From Tannerellaceae bacterium (GTDB taxonomy: Bacteria; Bacteroidota; Bacteroidia; Bacteroidales; Tannerellaceae): a DNA stretch of 31,768 nt. Positions within the stretch are counted from its first letter, which is position 1. Every line of letters starts with the position of its first letter. The stretch covers positions 1 through 31,768 of the forward strand of contig JAJBTP010000507.1 of assembly GCA_020860805.1 (NCBI GenBank). Reading direction: 5' to 3'. Shown here piece by piece: positions 9,029 to 19,198 of the stretch. A model generated the notes under the pieces. That model was not told the DNA's origin. It saw nothing but the letters and a program-made list of their open reading frames with translations, and searched no databases. The translations under genes and the position numbers were made by a program.

Positions 9029-11904
9029 ATGAAAAATATATATACAATCGGTTGCTTATTTCTGATGGCTTTCGGGCTACAGACAACCCATGCACAATAT
9101 CAACTCAACTTCGGACTGCCTTCCCGGCAGCCGGATAGTCAGCTACCCAAATCAAAGGCTGCTTTTATAGAACCAGTCAGGAAATCCTACCAGGCAGTTC
9201 CAGGTGAACTTACCCGGGATGAAGAAGGTAATTATACCTTCACTAAAGGATGGGAGATGGTTGAGGGATATAAGTTATTTGAGGAAGGTGTTTCCTTGTG
9301 GACTACTTCTTCCCAACCGGTTGACTGGTATAACGCAACCGTACCCGGAACTGTATTGACTACGCTGGTTAATCAGGGGGGGTGTATGCTGACCCATATT
9401 ATTCACTGAACAATCTGCATATTCCGGATACGTTGTGCCGTATGGACTGGTGGTACCGGATTGCTTTTGACGCTCCACAGGATACGGATGCAGCAGATTT
9501 TGATTTGCTGTTAAACGGTATTAATTATAAAGCCGAAGTATGGTTGAATGGGGTACGGTTGGGTACGATGGCCGGTGCTTTTAAAAGAGGTGTTTTCCCA
9601 ACCAAAGGGCTCCTGAAGAAAAACGGAAAGAATATACTGGCTGTTCATATCTTACCTTCTAATAATCCGGGTATACCTCATGAGCAGAATATTGCTTCGT
9701 TTGGTCCGAATGGCGGAAGCCTGTGTCTGGATGGTCCGACTTTTATATCCTCTGAAGGATGGGACTGGATACCTGGCATGCGCGACCGTAACATTGGTAT
9801 CTGGCAGGATGTGAAATTGATTAAGACTAATAAAATAAAAATACAGGACCCGTTTGTAATAACAGATTTACCTCTTCCTGATACAACCTATGCAGACCTA
9901 ACTATTCAAACAACCTTAGTCAATGTAACAGGACAGCCCCAACAGGTTACTTTGACTGGTAAGATAGAAAATATTACTTTCACCAAAGAAGTATCACTTG
10001 CTAAAAATGAACAGAAAGAAATTACACTGAGTGGTGATGAGTTCAAACAGTTACGGATGCAAAAGCCCCGGTTATGGTGGCCCAATGGATATGGAGCCCA
10101 ACATCTTTATACGTTAGAGTTGGCTGTTAAACAGGGAAATGAAACCTTACAGGTACAGACTATTCGTTTCGGTGTACGTGAATTCTCTTATGAATTCATG
10201 GCTCAGTCCCAGGCAAAAGAAAATGTTCGCTTTAATTATAGTCCTACGGATGCAAGGGATGCCGGTAAACCTTTATTTAATTACAAAGAAGCAGTTACCC
10301 TTACAAATACGAACTATCCCGATATTGCTATCCCTACTTTTGAAGAAGGAGCAGAAAAATACATTCAACGATTGACTGAAGAAAAGGATAACCCGTACCT
10401 CACCATTTTGGTAAATGGCAAACGAATTTTTTTGTAAAGGTGGTAACTGGGGGATGGATGATGGTATGAAACGGGTATCCCGTGAACGGCTGGAACCGTA
10501 TATCAAACTCCATAAAGATGCCGGTTTCACGATGGTGCGTAACTGGACAGGTGAAACTACAGAAGAATTGTTTTATGCCCTTTGTGATGAATATGGCTTG
10601 TTAGTCTGGAATGACTATATGATGTCCACCGAAACATTCAACCTGGAACCACTCGACCATCAATTGTTTTTGGATAATGTGCAGGATATTATCCGCCGGT
10701 TCCGTAATCATCCATCTATTGCTATCTGGTGTCCACGGAATGAAGGATATGCACCGAAAGCATTGGAAGATGGTATCCAGCAATTGATAATTGCCGAAGA
10801 CGGAACCCGTCATTACCACGGTAATTCTATGAAACTGAATCTACAGACCAGTGGCCCGTGGCATTATCTCGTAGAATCAATCAGTTACCTGACCGGTAAA
10901 GCGGATGGTTTTACTACAGAACTGGGTGCGCCATCTGTACCAACAGCCAACACTATCCGCAAATTTATTCCGGAAGAAGATTTATGGCCTATCGGAGATG
11001 TATGGTATTATCACGATATGCATATCGAAAGTTTTGACTGGCGGGATTATATCCGTGACGTAAACCGGGTTGGCAGAGATGAAAGCAAAAATGTAGACGA
11101 ATTTGCCGCACGGGCACAGTTTAAGAATTATATCCTGTACCGGAATATGTTGGAAACATGGAACAGCAACATGTGGAACTATGCCAGTGGTATCTTACTC
11201 TGGATGAGCCATCCGGCATGGCCCAGTATGACCTGGCAAACGTATTCGTACGATTATGAAACACCCGGTTCTTATTTCGCTGTAAAGAAAGCCTGTGAAC
11301 CTATCCATGTACAGTGGAACTCTGTAAGCAATCAATTGCAGGTAGTCAATACAACGTTGAAGGGTTTGAAATCAGCCAATGTTCAATTCATGGTATATGA
11401 TATAAAAGGTAAAAAACTCTTTGATAAAGCCTATAAAATGAATATACAGATCAATGCAACGACTCTTTGTGCGGAAGTAGGTATTCCTGCGGAAATAAAA
11501 GATGAGTTAGTATTGGTAAGAGTCGTGTTAGATGATGGAAAAGGAAAAACAATATCTCTGTTAATGATTACTGGATTAACCGTGAAGATACAAACGATTA
11601 TACCCGTATCGGTGATATCGGAGCCACTTCCGTACAGGTAGTAGAAAAAGGGTTGACAGAGAAAAACGGAAAAACATTCCTGAAGGCAGAAGTGAAAAAT
11701 ATGAAAAAAGAAATCGCAGTAGGTATCAAATTAAATGCCCGCTGGAAAGATTCCAATGAAATTATATTACCGGCCTATATGTCTGACGGATATTTTAACC
11801 TGTTACCCGGAGAAACCAGAGTAATAGAAGTAGAAATACCTTGTACAACCGGCAAAAACATATACATATCTGCCGAAGGGTTGAATGTGGCACTAAATTC
11901 CTGA
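9029..11904 (+). CDS. Glycoside hydrolase family 2 (beta-mannosidase / exo-beta-glucosaminidase-like); split by three frameshifts
   Basis: Signal peptide MKNIYTIGC...; motifs ATVPGTVLTTL, GINYKAEVWLNG, WDWIPGMRDRNIGIWQDV, KGGNWG, NHPSIAIWCPRNE, TELG, WMSHPAWPSMTWQTY. Junctions at G7 9376-9382, T7 10427-10433 and TCTCT 11555-11559. Confidence 0.9.
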
Positions 11905-12100
11905 AAGGAATACGAAGCAATAGCCCAGGGTTGAGCGCAGCGAATACCCTGGGTTAATGGACCGACACATACCTCAACCCTGAAGGGGGTGCATAGATGA
12001 ACTACAGTTTTGTAGAACCTTTACAAGGTTCTGTGCCTTCTAGGGTTTTCCTACTCAGGGTTTACAACCCTGGGCTATTGCTCAAATCCCTTACAGGGAT
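11897..12100. repeat. About 200-bp REP/REPIN-like multi-hairpin palindromic element
   Basis: Perfect 18-bp inverted repeat AGCAATAGCCCAGGGTTG (11916-11933) / CAACCCTGGGCTATTGCT (12065-12082). Terminal hairpins ATTCCT-GAA-AGGAAT and ATCCCT-TAC-AGGGAT. Internal hairpins at 11922-11955, 11978-11988, 12014-12032 and 12056-12072. Confidence 0.75.
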
Positions 12101-12136
12101 AAAGACGAAAATAAATATCTTATAAAAATAGAAAAG

Positions 12137-12694
12137 ATGAAAAGTTCTGAAATTCTTTTTCCTACAACCATATTTACCAATAATCTGCTTACGGGGGAAG
12201 GAGTAAAAAATGATACACGGCGGCTTGCAGATGTAGATACTATATTTGCTAACCAGCCGGCATTAAAGGAAATGGACAGGCAACAAACCATTTACCGGGT
12301 AAGTAGTTTCCTTCCTGTCAGAGAAAATACATCCGGAGGTCTCTTCTTCGGTATTACTACCCTATATCCCGGTAAAGTAGGGGACGAGTATTTTATAACC
12401 AAAGGTCATTATCATTCCCATGTGGATACGGCTGAGTTTTATTGGGGCGTAGAAGGAGAGGGAATGTTGATACTCATGGATTTGGAACGGAATGTTTGGG
12501 CAGAAAGAATGTTTCCCGGTAGTTTGCATTATATACCGGGCAAAGTGGCTCACCGGGTTGCTAATACGGGTTACCGGAACCTTGTCTTTTCAGCCTGTTG
12601 GCCGTCGGATGCCGGACATGATTATGATTCGATAGCCCGGGACGGATTCGCTAAACGTCTGCTGGATATGGATGGAGTACCCACTTTAAGATAA
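12137..12694 (+). CDS. Cupin-type (archaeal PGI-like) sugar-phosphate isomerase
   Basis: TKGHYH...AEFYWGVEGEG and YIPGKVAHRVAN give the H-x-H...E...H metal site of cupin PGIs; 185 aa, intact. Confidence 0.88.
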   Translation: MKSSEILFPTTIFTNNLLTGEGVKNDTRRLADVDTIFANQPALKEMDRQQTIYRVSSFLPVRENTSGGLFFGITTLYPGKVGDEYFITKGHYHSHVDTAEFYWGVEGEGMLILMDLERNVWAERMFPGSLHYIPGKVAHRVANTGYRNLVFSACWPSDAGHDYDSIARDGFAKRLLDMDGVPTLR

Positions 12695-12702
12695 ACTGAC
12701 AT

Positions 12703-13670
12703 ATGAAATACACCTATACAATTGGAATCGATCTGGGTGGTACCTTCGTCAAAGTAGGGCTGGTCGGAAACGGGAAGATGATAGACTTTACCGTGTTTAA
12801 TTCGAATATGCAAAAAGGTCTGGAAGCCAACCTTCCTTATCTGAAATCAGTTATTTATGACTTACTTTCTCAGAATGATGTAAGTAAAGAAGAACTTTCC
12901 GGCATTTGCCTTGCTTTTCCGGGAATTGTAGATACCTCACATAGCAGAGTATTATCTACCAACGAGAAATATGATGATGCATCTCAACTGAATCTGGAAC
13001 GTTGGTTTAAGGTCCATTTTGGTGTACCGTTTCATCTGGATAATGATGCCCGCCTGGCTACTATCGGAGAATGGAAATACGGTGCGGCAAAAGGAATCAA
13101 TAATGTTGTTATGATGACGTTGGGTACAGGGATCGGTACAGGTGTGATTCTGGACGGACGGGTGATGTATGGCGAACATTTTCAGGCTGGTTGTTTAGGT
13201 GGTCATTTTGTGGTGGATTATAAAGGCCACACATGTTCCTGTGGCAATGTCGGATGTGTGGAAGCCCATGCTTCTTCTTTTTTCCTTTGGAAAATTATAG
13301 AAGAAAATGAACATCTTTCCCCTCAGTTCAAATCACGGGCACAGGAATATACATTTGAAAGTCATTTTAAATTAGCAGGAACCCATGAAGAAGCTCAACT
13401 GGTAATTAAAGAATGTATGAAAGTCTGGGCAGCTGCTATTGTTACTTATATTCATGCTTATGACCCCAGGTTGTAATAGTGGGTGGTGGAATTATGAAAA
13501 GTAAAGAGATGATTTTGCCCTTCCTGCAAAAATATATAGATACATATGCCTGGTGTCCTACCCAACGGGTAGAAATCAGAGCGTCCCAATTAGGAGATAA
13601 TGCAGCTATACTGGCTGCAGAGTATTGTTTACAAAATAAAGTAATAAAAAATGAATCCGCTAACTTATAA
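12703..13670 (+). CDS. ROK family sugar kinase; frameshift near 13465
   Basis: IGIDLGGT, DNDARLA, LGTGIGTG and the Zn motif CSCGNVGCVE. Adding one base at C4 13464-13467 gives DP(Q/E)VVIVGGG and joins ORF 13479-13670. Confidence 0.9.
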
Positions 13671-15430
13671 AGGTTCAAATTACGATAAATATCCGGTGGT
13701 TCAGTTACCGGATACCTATACGGAGGCTTGTTTTTCGGGATGGGAATCTATTACAGGTGAAATCCGGCAGAAATTACAGGCTATAAACAAAAGAGAAAAG
13801 ATTCTGGTGGTAGAATGTTATCCCGGTGTGGACGAGAAGGAAATCCGGAATGTATTTGAAGCTGCCTTTCCGGATGCTCTTTGCATTCATTCAAAAGAGG
13901 GAATGCTGGAAGAAGAAGAGTTGAATGCATTATTGAAAGAGGATGTAACGGAGGATGAACTCTTCGGATACATGACCCGCCGGAATATAGACTGTTATTT
14001 TGACCCACAGAAAGTAGTATCCATTCGGAAGCAAATACAATCTGTATCCGGGCAACCGGTTATTGTATATGGAACCGGGGCTGCTTATCTACAACCTACA
14101 TCTGACATATTGGTGTATGCAGATATGGCCCGGTGGGAAATACAGCAGCGTTTCAGACGTAATGAAGTGGGGAATGTAGGGTTAAACAATGCTGCCGAAC
14201 GGACTTCACTACAATATAAAAGAGGCTTTTTTGTGGATTGGCGTATTTGTGACCGTTTCAAGAAAAAACTAATGCCTTACTGGAATTATGTATTGGATAC
14301 GAATAGCAAAGGTCAACCAAATATGGCAATAGCCGAAGCTATAGAGGCCGGTTTGAAACAGGCTATCCAACAACCGTTCCGGGCAGTTCCCTTTTTTGAC
14401 CCGGGACCCTGGGGAGAGGCCAATGGATGAAAGAAGTTTGTGACCTGGATAGAAAGGAAATCAATTTTGCCTGGTGTTTTGATTGTGTGCCTGAGGAAAA
14501 TAGTTTACTGTTAGGCTTTGGCAACATTCGATTCCAGTTACCATCTATAAATCTGATTTTTGCCTATCCCCGTGAATTGTTAGGAAAGCCGGTACATGCC
14601 CGCTTTGGTGATGAATTCCCTATTCGTTTTGATTTTCTGGATACCATGGATGGAGGAAATCTCAGTTTACAGGTACACCCATTGACCGAATATATACAGG
14701 AAAAGTTTGGAATGCATTATACGCAGGAAGAGAGTTATTATATGCTGGATGCCCGGGAAGATGTAGTCGTGTATCTGGGCCTAAAAATGGAATTGATAAA
14801 GATGAGATGATTCAGGCCCTGGAAGAATCTCAGACTTGCGGAGTATTTGATGTGGAAAAATATATCGGAAAATATCCGGCAAAGAAACATGATCATTTCC
14901 TGATACCTCCCGGTACCCTTCATTGTTCCGGTACGAATGGAATGGTTCTTGAAATCAGTGCCACTCCTTTTATTTTCACATTCAAACTTTGGGATTGGGG
15001 ACGTTTGGGACTGGATGGCCGGCCACGGCCTATTAATATTGAACATGGTAAACAGGTTATCCAATGGGATAGGGATGAAGAGTGGGCTAAAAAGGAAGGT
15101 ATTAATCAATTTGTTCCGGTTGACAAAGGAGACGGATGGCGGGAAGAGAAAACCGGCCTGCATGAATGTGGGTTTATTGAAACACGCCGTCACTGGTTCA
15201 CCAAACCGGTTCTGCATACAACGGATAAAAGTGTCAATGTACTGAATCTGGTGGAAGGGCGGGAAGCTATTGTAGAAAGTCCGAACCATGCTTTTGAACC
15301 TTTTGTGGTTCACTATGCAGAAACTTTCATTATCCCGGCAGCTGTGGGTGAATATACGATACGGCCTTTCGGTGAATCGGAAGGTCAGGAATGTGCTACA
15401 CTTAAAGCCTATGTCAGACACAATGGATAA
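13651..15430 (+). CDS. Long-form class I mannose-6-phosphate isomerase-like cupin with about 250-aa N-terminal extension; two frameshifts
   Basis: Restored PWGGQWMK; metal-site motifs LSLQVHP, QEESYY, IPPGTLHCSG, VLEISATP. Junctions at GAGAG 14414-14418 and A5 14783-14787. Confidence 0.88.
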
Positions 15431-16220
15431 GCAAGTACTTGAATTTAATCCTGGTTTTGGTATTTATCCGGCTAAAGATACCCCTGTCTTTTTGTATGAT
15501 GAGGATGTTTTCGGGCCGGATGTGGAAAACAGACGGTTGGATGATATACGGAAAAGCCTGAAGGAACCTACCTGTGGGGGGACCGGATATTGTTTATTCC
15601 ATTGCTATGGATGTGGGTAAGAAAAAACATAAACAGTTACTATTTGACTGGCATTTACTCTTTGGGGTAGTGCGGTTTGCTGCCGGAAAATTAGGAAAAG
15701 AACCTATCCGTAGAGCCAGGGCCATATTCATAAAGTGTCTCCGGTGAGTAATTGGTCTGCCCCGGAAGTGTATGAAATATGGGCAGGTGAAGCCGTGATT
15801 TATATGCAGGAATATGCAGAAGATAATCCGGGACGTTGTTTTGCTGTGTATGCAAAACCCGGAGATGTTGTGATTGTACCTCCGTATTGGGCACATGCCA
15901 CTATCAATGCCAATCCATCCAAAGAAATGGTATTCGGAGCCTGGTGTGACCGTCAGTATGGTTTTGAATATGAAGGAGTCAGAAAGCATAACGGAATAGC
16001 CTGGTATCCTTATTTTGATGAAAAAGACGAACTGCAATGGGAGGCAAATTCGCTGTATCAGCATTCTCCTTTGCTTTGTAAAAGTCCCGGTAGTTATACC
16101 TCTTTGGGAGTTGAAGGAGGAAAATCACTCTATCAACTCTTTGAAGATAATCCTGATACATTTTCCTTTGTTCCTTTTCCACAACGAAAGGAAGAAAATT
16201 GGAAGAATTTTATTCCGTAA
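15423..16220 (+). CDS. Second cupin-type PGI-like sugar-phosphate isomerase (about 264 aa); two frameshifts that sum to 3 nt
   Basis: ATG 15423 MDKQVLEF. Correcting G6 at 15576-15581 and AGAG at 15712-15715 gives GPDIVYSIAMDVG...RSQGHIH...PEVYEIW...VPPYWAHATIN. Confidence 0.82.
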
Positions 16221-16247
16221 CACATTTAAACCTATTAAATCAAGAAC

Positions 16248-17578
16248 ATGAATAACAACAGCAAATATTTATACTGGATTACATTCGTTGCTATCAATGG
16301 AGGATTATTGTTTGGACTGAATATGGCCTCTATCTCCGGTGCAACCGATATGATACAAATGAAGTTTTCACTTACTGAGAGCGGATTGGGAATGGTTACC
16401 GGAACGATGATGTTGGGTTGTTTGCTGGGGGCATTGTTTACCGGTAGTATAGCTGAAAAGTGGGGACGGAAGAAGACTATGTTACTGACGGCTGTATTAT
16501 TTATTATTTCAACCCTGGGTTGTGCTTTTTCCAATAGTTTAGGTATGCTTATCTTTTTCCGGGTATTGACGGGAGTAGGGGTAGGTATGGTTTCGGTAGT
16601 TGGTCCTATGTATATCTCAGAGATTGCACCGGCACGTAATAGAGGAACTTTTGTTTCGTTTAACCAGTTTGCCATAACCATTGGTATTTTATTAGCCTAC
16701 TGTTTTGATTTCTTACTGGTGAATCAGGGTGACCAAAGCTGGCGGTATATGTTGGGTATACCGGTTGTATTTGGTATTATTTACCTGGTATGTCTTTTAC
16801 TGGCTTTTCCGGAAAGTCCACGTTGGTTATTCAACCAGGGAAAGAAAGCAGAAGCATAAACTATCTTTAAGAAAATAGGAGAAGATATTTCCGATGATTT
16901 ATCAGGGATAGATTCATCCCAACAGACAAACGATAACCGTATCTCCATCGGAGACTTATTTAAAGGTAAAACCGGAAAAATTGTTTTTATAGGTACATTG
17001 ATAGCCGTGTTCCAACAGATAACGGGTATTAATGCGGTTTTGATTTTTGCACCGGATATTTTGAAATCAGCAGGAGTCGGAGGGGAAACAGCTTTACAAC
17101 AATCCATGTTAGTTGGCCTGGTTAACTTTCTGATGACTATTGTAGCCATTAAACTGGTGGATACACAAGGACGTAAAACTCTTTTATTGTATGGAGCAGC
17201 AGGTATGAGTGTGGCACTGTGTTATTTGATGTTTGAGTTTATGCAGCCGGTCCGTAATACGACATTTGTATTGATTGCGTTGTTAGTGTATATAGCCTTT
17301 TTGCAGCTTCTTTTGCACCGGTTATGTGGGTGATTATTTCTGAAATCTATCCACCGGCAATCAAAGGTTTAGCGATGTCTTTTTCAACGGCTGTCAGCTG
17401 GATATGTACCTTCCTTACCATCTATACTGCTCCGGTTATCCGGTCAGGTTTAGGTGATACGGCATTATTTGGTCTATACGCTTTCTTTTCAATAGTAGCC
17501 TTTCTATTCGTAAAAAAATATATACCAGAAACAAAAGGAAAAAGCTTAGAGCAGATTCAGAAGGAGTTGAAATTGTAA
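16248..17578 (+). CDS. Sugar porter (SP) family MFS transporter; in-frame TAA at 16857-16859 and frameshift near 17300
   Basis: GLLFG, KWGRKK, YISEIAPARNRG, PESPRW, FQQITGINAV, DTQGRKTLL, PETKGKSLEQI. Confidence 0.9.
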
Positions 17579-17638
17579 TCTATTTTTATTCCCCTACGGG
17601 GATTTAATCTGTAACTAACCTAATCATTGTGAAAAAGG

Positions 17639-17669
17639 AAGGGGAGGCGGCCGTAGGCTGTCTCCCCTT
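17639..17669. terminator. Hairpin at the convergence of the two PULs (probable terminator)
   Basis: AAGGGGAG...CTCCCCTT 8-bp stem extended by an imperfect GC stem. On the - strand it is followed by CCTTTTT. Confidence 0.6.
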
Positions 17670-17689
17670 AGTAGTATAATACACTTAAA

Positions 17690-19117
17690 TTACTTTACCG
17701 TCCCGGTAAAGGTAATTACACTTTGCGCCGGGATACTTACAGAGAACTTGCCTGTTTTGTCTGCTTTAATAGACTGAGTTTCCCAGCATTTATCATTATT
17801 TGTGAGGTAACCTGTCAATGTATTTTGTGGGTTAGCTCCTTCTATAGACAGGTGAGTAATCTGTTCATTATCGTTATTATTGATAATTACGACTGTATAC
17901 TTGTTTTCCTTTTTATAGGCAGAAACTAATAATTCAGTGCTGGTTGTGGTTTCTATCCGTTTGCTTCCGGAAGGTATGTAACGGGTGAAATTCCCAAATG
18001 TTTCATAACGTTTGCTTAGGGTATACTCCTTTCTGTTTTTATTCAGTTCAATCAGACATTCGTTATTACCGGCCGGCATAGCCCCTCCCCACCAGATGAA
18101 AGCACTTACATTGGCCGTAGTCAGGTATTCGTGAAATGTTTCAGCCCAAAACATACCATTTTCCATGGATAAGTCCAATGGGTCTGTAGTACTTATTTCT
18201 GTCATCCATACCGGAATGTTTTTATCTTCTGCAATATGGAAAGGAACAATAGATGTTTTCATCAACCCATTAAGCATTTCCATGCCTTTTATCTCCGGAA
18301 ACGTATAACCATGCCCGGATGCAATGGGGTTATAGTTTAAAATATCCGGATATTCTTCCAGGATGGTGTTTACAAAATCTTCTGAAGAAAGAGAAGATAA
18401 CATAGTGGTAGCCGACCAGAATGGATTCTCTCCGAATACGATTTTAGCATCGACTTTCTCTTTTTGGAAAGTGGGTCCCAGATGTTTTGTAAGAAATTCT
18501 CCCATTTTGTCAGCACTCCATACCGATGAATTCCACGGAGCTGCATATCCGGGTTCGTTGGAAGGTGAGATAGCATACGGTTCCATACCAGCTGCCTGGT
18601 AGGCTTTATAGAAAGCAGCCAGATAATCGGCATAAGCCTGGTAATAGTCTTTTCTTAAATGTCCACCTGATGCATTTTTGTTACTTTTCATGTAAGCCGG
18701 TGCACTCCAGGCTGAAAAGAGGAGTTTCTCTACTTTGTACTTCTCTTTGGCCTGTTTGGTAATCCAGTGTTGGCCTCTGCGTTTTGCATCGTCCGATTCT
18801 TTATCCAAAAGAGGATGATCGAATGGAATAAGAATATCATCTTCCAGATTAAAAGAGGTATCATTTTCGTTTTCCCAATAATGAGGGTAGATTTCTCCCC
18901 GTAGAATGTTTAATTGAAGACCTTCCTGATCAAAAAGTAATTCCATGAGTTTATCCCGCTGATGGTGGGCGTACAATGGATAAGACCATCCGGCCTGGGA
19001 AACTCCGAATCCGTCAATGGTTTGTTTTTCCTGGTTCCAGTGGATGGTTACATCTCCGGCATGCAGAGGAAGTAAGCTCATACAGAGTAAAATAGTAAGC
19101 GTACAAACGTTTTTCAT
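17690..19117 (-). CDS. Glycoside hydrolase family 30 (clan GH-A, signal peptide)
   Basis: QTIDGFG, LFSAWSAPAYMKSN, AISPSNEP (acid/base), VWMTE (nucleophile), AFIWW, C-terminal beta-sandwich ending IPAQSVITF; 475 aa, intact. Confidence 0.9.
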   Translation of the reverse strand: MKNVCTLTILLCMSLLPLHAGDVTIHWNQEKQTIDGFGVSQAGWSYPLYAHHQRDKLMELLFDQEGLQLNILRGEIYPHYWENENDTSFNLEDDILIPFDHPLLDKESDDAKRRGQHWITKQAKEKYKVEKLLFSAWSAPAYMKSNKNASGGHLRKDYYQAYADYLAAFYKAYQAAGMEPYAISPSNEPGYAAPWNSSVWSADKMGEFLTKHLGPTFQKEKVDAKIVFGENPFWSATTMLSSLSSEDFVNTILEEYPDILNYNPIASGHGYTFPEIKGMEMLNGLMKTSIVPFHIAEDKNIPVWMTEISTTDPLDLSMENGMFWAETFHEYLTTANVSAFIWWGGAMPAGNNECLIELNKNRKEYTLSKRYETFGNFTRYIPSGSKRIETTTSTELLVSAYKKENKYTVVIINNNDNEQITHLSIEGANPQNTLTGYLTNNDKCWETQSIKADKTGKFSVSIPAQSVITFTGTVK

Positions 19118-19137
19118 GTTTTTTGTTTTTTAAGTTC

Positions 19138-19190
19138 ACACAGGAAACAAATATACGATCCTTGTTTCCTGTGTAAAAAAAAAAAAAAAA
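19138..19190. other. Perfect 13-bp stem-loop plus A16 tract between susD and GH30
   Basis: ACACAGGAAACAA (19138-19150) / TTGTTTCCTGTGT (19162-19174), then 16 A (19175-19190). No U-tract follows the stem in the transcribed (-) direction. Confidence 0.7.
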
Positions 19191-19198
19191 TAACTCTA

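Noticed and set aside
11897-12100. CRISPR array, tRNA or autonomous IS
   Set aside because: No repeat-spacer periodicity, no cloverleaf, no transposase ORF and no clear target-site duplication; only nested inverted repeats.
14738-15421. 227-aa ORF on the - strand
   Set aside because: Shadow of the PMI C-terminal coding region, with no recognisable motif. The same applies to the other short antisense or alternate-frame ORFs in the track (e.g. 304-765, 4013-4450, 15594-16064, 27650-28126).
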